This document shows positions 20,578-31,829 of a DNA stretch of 64,000 bases, in pieces. Position 1 is the first letter of the stretch, and each line of letters begins with the position of its first letter. The notes beneath the pieces were generated by a model. That model was not told the origin of the DNA. It saw nothing but the letters and a program-made list of their open reading frames with translations, and made no database searches. The position numbers and the translations under genes are program-made. The stretch comes from Stramenopiles sp. TOSAG23-3 (lineage: Eukaryota), in the NCBI GenBank assembly GCA_900128585.1, contig LT642148.1, positions 1-64,000 on the forward strand, written 5' to 3'.

Positions 20578-23500
20578 ATGCATATAGAAGTTCGGCCAAA
20601 CGAGTTGGTGTTCGAACATGTACAGCTTCACCAATCGTATACTGCACGGGTGGAATTATTCAATCCGCATGAAGCAGATATTGACCTGGCCATTAAGCCC
20701 AGTGCCGCACAGCGCTACCAGATAAGACCGGAGCAAGTTCATATCCCAGCCGGGAAAAGTTCGTCAGTAATGGTCCGACTGAAAATAATGCACTTTCCTA
20801 ACAAGAAGAAAGGGAAAACAGGACAGCGGGACTATTTTCACATGAAAGCACGTTACTTCGAGCAGAAATTTTTCACGACGTTTACGTTGGAGGGGACACC
20901 TTTGAAACACGCCGTCAAGGGCAGAAAAGTACCTGAGCGCCAACGAAAGGCGAGTAACATTCCGGCGGGCAGGTACCTGCCTCAGACGAATCGCGTTTCG
21001 TTCAATGCGCCAGGGGGGCGGGCAAAAGAAATACAGGCCCTGTATGGGGAACGCCCGGGGATTGCGAACCCTCTCCCTAAAGAATTGCCCAGAGCCCCGC
21101 TAGAAAAGCCAGGGGGTGGGTCCCATCCCTCTAGAAAGCGAGAGGGTCGCGGTGCACCGGAGTACAAACACCGCACAGGGGAAACGAAAGTCGAATACCT
21201 CGAAGGAGAAAATAATAGACTCGCCGAAGAATTAGAAATGAAGGAGAGAGAGCTAAAATTGGAAAAGGAGCGGGAGGAGGATAGAAGCCAACGAGTGCTG
21301 GAAATATTGCGTGAAAAGGACCTGGAAGTCCAGCGCCTTAAAGGAGAGCACGTTAACCTAGTACAACAACTAGAAACTGTAAAACGGAAGGAGAACATTA
21401 GTACTTCTAGGCACAACGTTCAAAATGATGACTCCAAGGAGTGGAAGCTGCAGCTGGAGGCGTGCAAGCAGGAGAAGGCGGCTTTTGAAGAGGAAGTGGA
21501 CGCGCTCAGAAGCACAGTGATGCAACTGAACCAAACTTCGTGTGGGGAAAGAAGCAGTGCTGGAATAGAAAGTATTTCAAAAATACGAGACCAAGAAGAG
21601 CAAATCGAAGTTTTAATATCCGAAGTTGCGAAGTTGCGTGAGGAGAAAGAGAATGGTTCCTGGAGCTCTGCAGTTGCCCATAATCAAAACGAACTAAAAT
21701 CTCTGAAATATGCGCTTGAGGAAGAGGTTAAGAAGTCTGGAGTGCTGATGCGCGAAAACGCTTCTCTCAAAAACCAACGGGTTCAAATTGACAAGAGCGC
21801 CGAGCAGCTGGATTTAGCGAACAAGACCATCCAAAGGTTGAAACAAGATATAGAAGTACAAAACCGCAAGCTTGATGAAAAGGACGAAAAAATTGCTGAA
21901 GTGTCATCGTGGCGCGATGATCTGCAGAAACAGCTGGAATCGAAACAACAATCTAACAAAACCGTTGCCAATTTACGGCAAAAAGTGACAGAGCTAGAGC
22001 ACTTGCAACAGACTGCCTCCCAAACTGTTATAGATAGTGAGCACAGACTCTCCATGGCCGTAGATCAAATCGAAGCTTTGCAGCGTGATGCACGGGAGAA
22101 CAGCGAGAAGCAGAGCACTGGAGAAGATCCTTTGGCCATTATTGCGCTTAAAACAGCCAAAGCCACCGTGGATGACCTCCAGGCGCGGTTGAACCTATCT
22201 CTCGGGAATGAACGAATGCTGAAGAGCAAAATTAGTGAGATTATGGAAGAAGAGATAAAGATGGCACGCCTGGAACAGAAAAGGCACAGTGGTAAAAATC
22301 CGATACAGTTCCGGCACACGGTACGGTCATTGGTCATGAGGTTGGACAAATTTCGCAACCCAGACGAAGAAAATAAGAAAAATGATTTGCAGGCAATAGA
22401 CTATTTACAAAAGGAGTTGGAAGCCAAAATAGTAGAAATCGTTGACATTCGTCAGGAAATGGTCCGGCAAGGTGTGGAAGCCAGGCGGCGCTTGAGAGAA
22501 GCGGAAGAAAGTTTAATCGAACGAAACCTAAAAATAATTGAATACGAAAATAAACTGAGAATGCACAAGCAGGGTCGTGAAACCGAAGTGCGCGAATTAG
22601 TGCGTTCTATACGAATTTTAAAAGGCAACAGCAAGTTGCACCACCAAATCGCCGGCTTGACAGCAGAAATTGCCTCGCTGAAGAAAGTCAATTTGCGCCA
22701 ATCTTCGCAGTCAAGAACGTACTCGGAGCAAATGAAAGTGGCTAATGAAAGAAGCCGTTTGTCTCGGATGGAAGTCGATGGAGTCCGCAAGGAATTGTCC
22801 AGACTCAAGATTGGTGTTGCTGGAACAAACATTACAAATGTAAGTGCCGAACAAATTATAATATCATTGTGCATTAAACGTGGTGAAGACAGGGAAGAAA
22901 TCAAAAGGCTGAACTCAACCTTGGACGGATTGGATAGCTACAAAAGAGTCCTTCCTACTACGCAAGGCGCGCAGTCGGCCAAAGTCTTGAAAAGAAGTTT
23001 GGACAAACACCGGGAAGACTTGAACTTATTAACAGACTCCGCTGTATCACCAGAAAACTGCTTGAGTATTCTTCAACTTCAATCGCAGCGGTTGCAGTGC
23101 GAATTAACAACTCTGAATAACGAACTGACAGAACGGGAAAATTCATACCATGCGCTGCAGTGTGAACTCATCGATGTAAAAGAAAAGCATGTTCAAGAAA
23201 TAACGAAAAGAGACGAAGCCCACGCAAAGCAAGCTGCCTCCCAAAATCGCCGTTTAGCAAGCTATAATACTGAAAACGGAATTTTGAGGTTAGACTTGCG
23301 AAAGTGCGAGAGAGAGTTAAGAGAGGCCCGCGCTAGGCTCCTAAATGTTAGGACACCAAACACCGAAAGTATCCGAGAAAACCCTGTGATTTCCAATAAG
23401 AAAACCCAGCTGAAGCACAGCGCTGATAAACTGCTTGCGAGCCGAAGTGAAGTTCAAAAATTAAAATCGCTTCTAAAAGACCGAGCTACTCAGTTGTCAG

Positions 23501-26500
23501 TACTGATGGAAACCATCGAAGTGCTGCAGTCTGATACTGAGATACCCAACAGAGAAAGTGGCGCATTGGGAATTCGCAGAGTTCAAGACCATGTCGTACA
23601 ACTGACCGCTCATGTAACAGAAAGTTCAGCAAGTTTGTCCAAATGCGAGCAACGGCTGGAAGACTGCAGGTCTCATCTTAGGAACGCAAATGCTGAGTTA
23701 AGAGAAACTCGGGACAACCAAAATGGCCTTTTGTCCACTATATCTATACTGGAGACCACAGTGGCGAGGGAAAGATCTGAGACGGACAAGATGAGGAAAG
23801 CTCTGGATGAATCAAATCGGCGAAATCAGATGTTTCAGCTTGATGTCGAGGGCCTGAAGCTACAAAATGAGGATATTCGACGGGAATGCGAATCATGGGA
23901 AACACAGCTTAGGCGTGCCCGCGAGCGGTATTTAAAACAACTTCGTGATCATATGAATGCCAGTAAAATCAAGTCTGAAGCTGGCAATGAAGCAGCAGAT
24001 TTGGGGGAGTTCGGGACTGTTGTAGAACACTGGAGAAAATTGACCACCTGTTTGCAAGACCTAACAAACAGAATAGGGGTTGAAATGTCACAAAATGGCG
24101 GGCTGGCGTGGGTTGTTGAAAAATTAAAACAGATGATATTGGACAATGATGTCACAGTAGCAGATGCTCTTAAAATGGCAAAGGCGTCGTCATGGGAAGC
24201 TGAATCATACAGAAGAAAAATTATAATGCTGGAAAATTGTCTTGAGCGATTTATTAGCAAAGCGGATTCTTCGCCGTACTCAGAAATGCAGCTGATGCGC
24301 CGGAGACACATGGCACGAGAGGCCATGCTTCGGGGAAACATCGAGTTTATGAAAAATGCCCATTCTCGCAAGGACGAAGAAATGCGATTGCATCTGCAAG
24401 AAGCGAATATGCGCGTTATGGAGCTGGAAGTTTTATCTAGACATTCCCAGCTTGATTGTCAGTTGGCACAAGCAAGACTTCACGAAGTTCGTGCCGATAG
24501 GGAACTGACGGAAATTTCTCCGTCAGAAACAGAATTAGCTCACTTGCTGCAGTCAATAAAAAATGCCTCTCGGGTTGTTGAAAACCTTGTGACTGACTCG
24601 AGGGCAGACCATAATTCGATTTTGATTAGAATGTCAGAGGGCTTGGTTTCAGATGCACGTATGGATGAAGGTCACGCGCAAGAAGCGCAACTTGAACGCT
24701 TAAACCGAGCTTTAGAAGAGGCAAAACTTGAAATAGATTTACTGACGGAATGGAAAACGGAGGCCATGGCACGAGAAGAGCGGTTGAGGCTTGACTTTCA
24801 AGAAGGGGCCGAGAACAACGGTCTCAAAGCCCAAGAGCGGGCAAAGAGAATTAAGTCCAAGTTTAGCAAACAATTAGTGGAGGAAGCGGCCAGTGCAAAT
24901 AATACGTTGATCGCTAGTAAGATGAAATATGAGAATATCATTGAAGGGTTGAAGGGACAGTTGCGAAATGGAGCACAAACCAATGCGGATATGCCGCGGC
25001 TACAAAATGCACGGAAAGAGCGTGAAGTTGTTGACAATGAAAATCTCAAATTGCTGACTAAGGTAAAAGTTTTGAGCAGTGAGCTGAAAACGTTAGAATC
25101 GCAGCAAATTGCGAAAGAGGGTGCTATAAAGGACCTTCATGAGTATGTAGCGAAAATTGCCGAAGGTGTTGGAATGGCTGGAGCTTCAACAAAGGACGGG
25201 CTAGTTGTCGATACTGCGGATGCATTTGCAACGGAGCTGGTAAATTCAAAAATCAAAATTTCTGAATTACAACGAAAGTTGCGGGTAGCAAACCGGGTGG
25301 AATCGGAGCTAAGAAGAACAATTGCCACGCGTGAAAATCGTATTGCAGATTTAAAAGCAGGAACATCAAAAACTGAATCTCGCGAGAAAATTACACATGA
25401 GTTAACAACGGCGTTGGCCGACGAGCGTGCGCGTGTGAATATACTCCAAAAACAATTATTGGCTGCGAACGAAATCGAAGCTGGCGATACTGACATTAAA
25501 GGAATGTATGCCAAAATTGAACGCATGTCGGCGCGAGAAGAAAAGATGAGGAAAGAAATTATGCGATTAACATTGGGGTCGAAGATGAGAGATGGTGCAA
25601 AAGGGGACAGTTCGGTTGCGTTTGCTGTTGGGAACGAATTGCATGAAGAAGAAGTCCATGGTTTAAAAATCCGAATAAAAGAACTTGAAAACAATAATGC
25701 GTTCGCAGAAGATGGACTGATGGGAAAACGCCTGGCATACCTAGAAAATGCGCTAGAAACTTCGGAAAAGCAACGACAAAAACTGACATCAAAGCTGTCA
25801 AAATTAAATGACCTGAATGGTGATCACCAACAAGTAAGTAAAAAAAGAAACGCACAAATTGGCTCGGGGCCAAGCGAAAATAGTGATCTTGGCGACAATG
25901 CGATAGGGCGCGATACGCCCCTCCCGGCTGATTATAGCACAGAGTTGCGGGTACTTCGCCGAAAATACGACAATGCACTGGCAGAAATAGAAACTTTACG
26001 TGCAGCTTTTAGCAAAAAAGACCAGAAGATAACTGCCCTGCGGAATAACAACAAGAGCCTCAAAGAATGCGAGCATGATCTTCGCTGCGCGCTTGACGAA
26101 TCAAACCAAATGTTATTAAACAATGAATCTAAGCTGAAGGATGAAACGAAGCAAATTGAATCCGTAAGAAGTTCCCTGGAGAAACAGCAAGTGCAGTTTG
26201 AGTCTCAAATTAGCAAAGAAAGGGCAGCGTTGACACAAAGTGCTGTTAAGATTGAGGGAGATCTACGGTCGGAGTTATCGAAAGCAAATGCGCACATTCA
26301 GCACTTAGAAGCTTCTGCCATAGAGCTAAAAGCCCAGCTCACAACAATGACGCGAACAAACGACGAATTACTGGCTCGTATAAAAGATAGAGACGCTCAG
26401 TATAGTAAGGAAGTTACCCGTTTACGGCTGGAGCATAGTGAGCTTCAAGCACGCTCGATTGCCGCGGAGACATCATACAGTGAGGATATGAGCGCTACAT

Positions 26501-29500
26501 CAGCACATGCTCAAGAAGTTGAAGAGTCAAACGCGTTAATGAAGCAGCATCTTTCGGAAATGGCTTCAACAAATGCTGAACTGATAAATCGCTTGCGAGA
26601 CTTTGCGTTTTCAACAGTCAAAAATGAAGGTTGCGATGTTGAGGAACTCCGATCTAAATTCAGCGACATGCAGTCACGATTGGTCAACGCTACGGAAAAG
26701 GTCAAAATGGCAGAGAAGAAGGCCTACCAAGCGAAGATAACAGCCGCGGAGAAAACCAAGTCTTCGCTCGAACACATCACAGAGAAAGCGAAGAAAATGC
26801 ACTTGATGATGGAAAAAATTGAAGAAGAGAGAAACTATTTCACTTCTCGTATATCGAAGTTGGAAAGTGAGAGAAAAAAATTGAAAGAAAAAGTCGATCA
26901 ATTGAACGCACAAAAGTCAGATGCGGAATCCAAGATTGCAGAACTTCTGCACGAAAAAGAAACGCGAAATGATATAATAGCCAAAAAAATAGCAGACTCT
27001 TTGGGCAATGAAGAGCGCTCCCGGTTGCATGAGTTAGACGTGTTGCGAAAGGAAGAAGTAAAAGCGAAGCAAAGTGAAATCGATGATTTGACCGATAAAG
27101 TGCGTTCTTACGAGGCTGACATCAAACGAATAGTGAAGAATGCAACATTTGATAAAACGTCTCTTGAACAGACTACTGCAGATCTAAAACTAAGGCTGGA
27201 TAGAACTCAACGCGAGTTGGAGACAGCGCGGGAGGCGAAGGATAATGCAGTTTATCAAGGTAACCGCAAACTCCGTGAAACAGAAGCGAAAAGTTTTGAA
27301 CAGCTGGACGAATTGCGAAAAGAGTTGGTAGAAATCAAGTCGCATGCTTCTACCGCCGAGATATCGTTGGAGAAAGCCCGCAATTCAGAAGAGAGGCTGG
27401 AGAAAAGAGTCAACTCTTTGCAAAAACAAGAAAAGGAATTTTTGAAACGCAATGAAAAAGAACTAGCAAAACTGCGTGAAGTGAATGATAAAGCGTTAGA
27501 GGGCGCAATGGCCGAGCTTACTGAAGCGCAAGAAAAACTCAAAAAAAGCGAAAACGAAGTCCAGAAGTATAAGGATAAGTTAGAGAGTGAGCGTATAGAC
27601 ATCACCGAGAAGCTGGGGATCATCTACGAGGAGGGAACTCGCAGGCAAGAAGCAAATGACAATTTAGTTGCCATGTTTGAATCCCAAGTGTTATCCCTCA
27701 AGGGTATGTTTAATGATGCTGGGAAAGATGGTGACTTAATTGCAAAATTGGCTGAGCGAACTGCAGCAGTAGAAAATCTTCGCATTCAACTTCATAATGC
27801 CAAAGACAACAAAGAGAAAGTTGTGGAAACGAATAAAACATCTAATTCGAGATTTCACAAAACTAATGCCAAACAAATAGTGGATGTGACGGACCTCTCT
27901 GTTCTGGAATTGCGGTGCTCTCGACTGGGAGTTGAGAAACTCAATGCTGTGACCGAGATAAGGTTGCTTCGGGAAAAAATCGACGACGCTGAACGTGCCA
28001 CTGCTGCTTTGCAGAAACGGTTTACCCAAGTCAAAAAATCTGAAGAGAAGGCGAAAAACCGAATTAAATCTGTTGCCAAAATAGCAAACGGTAAAACGAG
28101 GGCATTGAAGGCTGAAGCAGCACGTCTGAGAGATCAAATCGATGTGATGCGAAAAAATTGGAAACCACCGGGAGAGTGGACTGAACAAGAGAAGATCATT
28201 AAAGCTCTCCGCGATGCAGCAAGGTCATTAAAGAAGGACTTGCAAAAAAAAATTGATGCGTCCCAAAAGTTTGACCAAGAAAAGAAGGACGAGACCAATA
28301 AATGGAAGGATATGGAAAATTCACTTAAAAATTCCGAAGCAAAAATGAAACGGGCGATCAGCGAAGCTTCACGAAAAGCATCTGTGGAGCAACACTTGCG
28401 AAAGAAACTGGATGCTGATAAAACTGAATTGCTGGAGTTAAAGAAGAAGGTTGAACGGTACGAAACTCAAATTAAAGGCTTAAAACGGGCTTTGGAACAG
28501 CGCAGAATTGCAATGGAATCCATGCGGCATGGTATTGACGACCAAAAGGGCAGATTGGCAGCTATTCAGGATACTATACGGAACCAAGAGATCTTGGACC
28601 AATCGAACAAGGAGACCAAAGTTCTCGCAGAGCGTAAATCACGGGAGGCTAAGCGAGCAACCCAGCGTGCCACTGAAGCAGAAACGACTTGTCGAGAAGC
28701 TTTAGACAAAATTTCGGACCTCAAATCCACTGTTGAAAAAATGGAAAAGACTAACAAAAAGCTAAAAGATAGCACTATAAGGAAGACTCTGATTTTAGAA
28801 GCAAAATTATCAGCCGTTAAAGAAAGCGCGTCAATTGGTGTTTTAAATGTCGCGCGAAAATTGGTAGACAACAATCAACGTTTGAGGTCGAGAGTTGGGG
28901 CCTTAAAGGGCGCGTTGATAAGTCCTTCCAAGTCTGAAAGTGTTCATAGTACTGAGCAACTAACATCCGTGGCGACTATGCTTGATATGAGTATGCAAGA
29001 AGTTAAAAGTCTGCTTGGGTCTGCCAAGAAACAGAAAACACCTGCGCAGTCACACGTCCATGGTGAAAGTGTCGGGACCCCTGTTCGCGCTATGCATGAC
29101 CAAGCCCTGGCGAGGTTGGAAAGCGCATTTACGCAAGATCAAGTAGATGGTACTCTCATACAAAACGTTTTGATGCAGCTGATTAATGAAAAACTGGCTC
29201 TTGAGAAAAATTTAGTGGAAGTGCAGCAAGGTCTCAAAAATAAGCAAGACCGTGCTGAAGATGCGCCAGTGCCGGCACCACGCACAGCATATGGGACAAG
29301 ACACGTTGGTACATTAGATTCGAACGAAACTGAAGCGCGAAAAAGTGGTTCAAGAGTCTCAAATAGTGTGGTTAGGGCGTTGCATATTAATCGAAAAGGG
29401 TCTGTCGATATAATTTTGCGGCCGAAACAAAATGTTGAAAGTTTTGGTAACTCTCTGAATCATGCAGAAACGACCTTCATTCCTACGGCTGCCCATAGAG

Positions 29501-29700
29501 CACCCCCCGAATATTCAAGCGTTGCACCACTGCGGCCGCAGAAACGTGCAGCGTTGGAAAGGCGCCTTGAGGAATTGCAAAGTGAGACCGTTATTGCTAC
29601 CCCCGTACCCCGTAGGCATGGGATGCGGGCGATAGGTACTTCGGATTCTGATCAAAGTATTGATATGTCAATGATGTCACCTAGCCCATTTAAGAAATGA
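20578..29700 (+). CDS. Giant 3040-aa coiled-coil protein with N-terminal Ig-like (ASH/MSP-type) domain; probable centrosomal/ciliary protein
   Basis: Uninterrupted ORF; N-terminus IEVRPNELVF..Y...VELFN....I.P....IPAG.S..V.V; remainder E/K/L/R heptad-rich. Confidence 0.85.
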   Translation: MHIEVRPNELVFEHVQLHQSYTARVELFNPHEADIDLAIKPSAAQRYQIRPEQVHIPAGKSSSVMVRLKIMHFPNKKKGKTGQRDYFHMKARYFEQKFFTTFTLEGTPLKHAVKGRKVPERQRKASNIPAGRYLPQTNRVSFNAPGGRAKEIQALYGERPGIANPLPKELPRAPLEKPGGGSHPSRKREGRGAPEYKHRTGETKVEYLEGENNRLAEELEMKERELKLEKEREEDRSQRVLEILREKDLEVQRLKGEHVNLVQQLETVKRKENISTSRHNVQNDDSKEWKLQLEACKQEKAAFEEEVDALRSTVMQLNQTSCGERSSAGIESISKIRDQEEQIEVLISEVAKLREEKENGSWSSAVAHNQNELKSLKYALEEEVKKSGVLMRENASLKNQRVQIDKSAEQLDLANKTIQRLKQDIEVQNRKLDEKDEKIAEVSSWRDDLQKQLESKQQSNKTVANLRQKVTELEHLQQTASQTVIDSEHRLSMAVDQIEALQRDARENSEKQSTGEDPLAIIALKTAKATVDDLQARLNLSLGNERMLKSKISEIMEEEIKMARLEQKRHSGKNPIQFRHTVRSLVMRLDKFRNPDEENKKNDLQAIDYLQKELEAKIVEIVDIRQEMVRQGVEARRRLREAEESLIERNLKIIEYENKLRMHKQGRETEVRELVRSIRILKGNSKLHHQIAGLTAEIASLKKVNLRQSSQSRTYSEQMKVANERSRLSRMEVDGVRKELSRLKIGVAGTNITNVSAEQIIISLCIKRGEDREEIKRLNSTLDGLDSYKRVLPTTQGAQSAKVLKRSLDKHREDLNLLTDSAVSPENCLSILQLQSQRLQCELTTLNNELTERENSYHALQCELIDVKEKHVQEITKRDEAHAKQAASQNRRLASYNTENGILRLDLRKCERELREARARLLNVRTPNTESIRENPVISNKKTQLKHSADKLLASRSEVQKLKSLLKDRATQLSVLMETIEVLQSDTEIPNRESGALGIRRVQDHVVQLTAHVTESSASLSKCEQRLEDCRSHLRNANAELRETRDNQNGLLSTISILETTVARERSETDKMRKALDESNRRNQMFQLDVEGLKLQNEDIRRECESWETQLRRARERYLKQLRDHMNASKIKSEAGNEAADLGEFGTVVEHWRKLTTCLQDLTNRIGVEMSQNGGLAWVVEKLKQMILDNDVTVADALKMAKASSWEAESYRRKIIMLENCLERFISKADSSPYSEMQLMRRRHMAREAMLRGNIEFMKNAHSRKDEEMRLHLQEANMRVMELEVLSRHSQLDCQLAQARLHEVRADRELTEISPSETELAHLLQSIKNASRVVENLVTDSRADHNSILIRMSEGLVSDARMDEGHAQEAQLERLNRALEEAKLEIDLLTEWKTEAMAREERLRLDFQEGAENNGLKAQERAKRIKSKFSKQLVEEAASANNTLIASKMKYENIIEGLKGQLRNGAQTNADMPRLQNARKEREVVDNENLKLLTKVKVLSSELKTLESQQIAKEGAIKDLHEYVAKIAEGVGMAGASTKDGLVVDTADAFATELVNSKIKISELQRKLRVANRVESELRRTIATRENRIADLKAGTSKTESREKITHELTTALADERARVNILQKQLLAANEIEAGDTDIKGMYAKIERMSAREEKMRKEIMRLTLGSKMRDGAKGDSSVAFAVGNELHEEEVHGLKIRIKELENNNAFAEDGLMGKRLAYLENALETSEKQRQKLTSKLSKLNDLNGDHQQVSKKRNAQIGSGPSENSDLGDNAIGRDTPLPADYSTELRVLRRKYDNALAEIETLRAAFSKKDQKITALRNNNKSLKECEHDLRCALDESNQMLLNNESKLKDETKQIESVRSSLEKQQVQFESQISKERAALTQSAVKIEGDLRSELSKANAHIQHLEASAIELKAQLTTMTRTNDELLARIKDRDAQYSKEVTRLRLEHSELQARSIAAETSYSEDMSATSAHAQEVEESNALMKQHLSEMASTNAELINRLRDFAFSTVKNEGCDVEELRSKFSDMQSRLVNATEKVKMAEKKAYQAKITAAEKTKSSLEHITEKAKKMHLMMEKIEEERNYFTSRISKLESERKKLKEKVDQLNAQKSDAESKIAELLHEKETRNDIIAKKIADSLGNEERSRLHELDVLRKEEVKAKQSEIDDLTDKVRSYEADIKRIVKNATFDKTSLEQTTADLKLRLDRTQRELETAREAKDNAVYQGNRKLRETEAKSFEQLDELRKELVEIKSHASTAEISLEKARNSEERLEKRVNSLQKQEKEFLKRNEKELAKLREVNDKALEGAMAELTEAQEKLKKSENEVQKYKDKLESERIDITEKLGIIYEEGTRRQEANDNLVAMFESQVLSLKGMFNDAGKDGDLIAKLAERTAAVENLRIQLHNAKDNKEKVVETNKTSNSRFHKTNAKQIVDVTDLSVLELRCSRLGVEKLNAVTEIRLLREKIDDAERATAALQKRFTQVKKSEEKAKNRIKSVAKIANGKTRALKAEAARLRDQIDVMRKNWKPPGEWTEQEKIIKALRDAARSLKKDLQKKIDASQKFDQEKKDETNKWKDMENSLKNSEAKMKRAISEASRKASVEQHLRKKLDADKTELLELKKKVERYETQIKGLKRALEQRRIAMESMRHGIDDQKGRLAAIQDTIRNQEILDQSNKETKVLAERKSREAKRATQRATEAETTCREALDKISDLKSTVEKMEKTNKKLKDSTIRKTLILEAKLSAVKESASIGVLNVARKLVDNNQRLRSRVGALKGALISPSKSESVHSTEQLTSVATMLDMSMQEVKSLLGSAKKQKTPAQSHVHGESVGTPVRAMHDQALARLESAFTQDQVDGTLIQNVLMQLINEKLALEKNLVEVQQGLKNKQDRAEDAPVPAPRTAYGTRHVGTLDSNETEARKSGSRVSNSVVRALHINRKGSVDIILRPKQNVESFGNSLNHAETTFIPTAAHRAPPEYSSVAPLRPQKRAALERRLEELQSETVIATPVPRRHGMRAIGTSDSDQSIDMSMMSPSPFKK

Positions 29701-30524
29701 GACTGAGATATATAAGTAAATTTTTCGACCGCCTTGCGGCAATAAAGTTCCCAACCCCAATCACCGCCGGTAGCCCCAGCTACCTAGCGGCAATGCGGAG
29801 ATGGGCGGACTGGTGGATGCGAATCTTCCAGCGGAACATACTCTACGTGGTCACAAAGTCCATAGCACCAAGGATCCGAATCTACAACGCCTTAGCCCGA
29901 ACACCCTTGCCAATGGACTACTCCGCCGAAGTAGCCGACACCGTGCCCCTCATTTGGCACCCCCAACACTCGGAATCGGAGTTCGAGACGGAACCGAAGA
30001 GCTCGGAGGACGACCAATCCAGTAGTGACCACTCCAGTAGTGCCCATACTCTAATAGTGTCTCCCTCAGACGACGGCACAGAAGCACAATCCTCAATGCA
30101 ATCCAGTAGTGAGCACTCCAGTAATGCCCCGACTCTAATAGTGTCACCCTCGGATGACGACACAGAAGTACAATCCTCAATGCAACAATCAGATGATAGG
30201 ACGCCAGGCACCAACGCCCTAGTAGACGACGACGATGCTCACGCCCAACCCTTGGATGCTCCGACCCTATCAGTGACATCCTCGGACGAAGCGGACGGGG
30301 GGAAGGAGAAAAGGGACCAGAGCATCGCCAGCAGGAGCACCTCTAAAACATTCACGCCGCTGCTTGGAAAATCACACAGGGATTGTTTCATCTATGATGA
30401 GGCATCGGATGAGGAAGTTGTCTGCGGGTCGTTTAAAATCGTCGCGAATCAAAATATCCAATCGGATCATGGATGGAGTGCATCAGAGAATGATAGTCTA
30501 GACAAAGCGACCAGAGTAAATTGA
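29697..30524 (+). mobile_element. 275-aa Ser/Asp-rich ORF forming the 5' body of the 3'-spacer repeat family; contains two 84-bp direct repeats
   Basis: The ORF overlaps the upstream stop (ATGA); 30015-30098 is repeated at 30099-30182; its 3' part matches 8063-8250, 30765-30930 and 31060-31165. Confidence 0.5.
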
Positions 30525-31760
30525 TTTAGGAAAATCACAGGAGCAGAGATAAGTTTATCATATTTTACGTTATGATACCTTAAATAACAGGCAATTGTTT
30601 TGTTTTTAATTTACAACAAGAAAATTGGCTGTTATTTAAGTAATTAAATTTAGCTTCCTCATACCCTAATCCTAACTTGGTTCTGTAATTTTGTTGAAAT
30701 AGCGGCCAAATTAGAAAAACTAAACTGTCCTAAAAGTTTAAAAAACTGTTATTTAAACTACCATCTATGAATGAGACATCGGATGAGGAAGTGGATTATG
30801 GGTCTCCTGACATCGACGCAATTCCAATGCACTGATTCAGATCATGCATGGACCATACATGGAAATGATAGTCAAGACTAAGTGACAAGGGTATATTGAT
30901 TACTCTAAAATCACAATAGTAGAGATCATTTCGCAGTACATGAAGGAATGTAAACCTCTAATGGACAAATGCTGAGTAGATTCATTTTCGCGGTATATGA
31001 GAAAGCTAAATTTTAATTACTTTAAATAACAGTTAATTTTTTGTTGTTAAAAGTAACTATGGTGGGTCTTTTGACATCGACACAATTCCACTCACTGATT
31101 CGGATCATGCATGGAGTACACATGAGAATGATAGTCAAGACTAAGTGACAAGGTTATATTGATTATTAGCCAAAGTTCAAACAGCGGCTGGATTTTTGTT
31201 TTGATTGCCTGTATCTGGTCGACTCTTGCGATGTTGGGGGGGATAGATTATCAGTGTCCCTGAAATTTAGTCCAAGTTTTGGAGACTCCGGCAGGTGAAT
31301 CACTCGTTTAGACTCATTGGAGTACCCGTGGAATCCGTTTCCACATTATCCCTAGAGTTTGAACAGCGGCTGTGTGTGGTTGTTGGATGCCTGGATCTGT
31401 TCACCTCTTGCAATGATGAGGGTGGGAGATTCCCCAGCAGTTCCTGTGAATTATTCTGAGAAGTAGTTAGATCAATTGGTTTGATCTTTTTCAGCCAATC
31501 GTAATGTACTGAGCTCTATCTTCTTCATATACCGCGAAAGTAAATCTGCTTCTTTTGTCCTTTAAAGGTTTACGGTTCCTTCCTTATACTGCGAACTTAT
31601 CTCTGCTCCTGAGATTTTAAATAAATATACCCTTGTCACTTAGTCTTGACTACCATTCTCATGCCATGTGTTCATGTGTACTCCATGCATAATCCGAATC
31701 GGCATGTCCTAAGTTTAAAAACAAAAAATTGGCTGTTATTTACAAGTAAAAAAAACAAAT
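30525..31760. repeat. Large cluster of 3'-spacer repeat fragments in both orientations
   Basis: Several copies of GATTC(G/A)GATCATGCATGGA..GATAGTCAAGACTAAGTGACAAGG (30834, 31096; inverted ~31625-31700) plus core copies. Confidence 0.9.
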
Positions 31761-31829
31761 CTTATAGTAATGTTTTAAGACTCTAAAGTTAAAGTTTTTA
31801 CAACACCTCGTTACATGTAGGTTCCTGGT

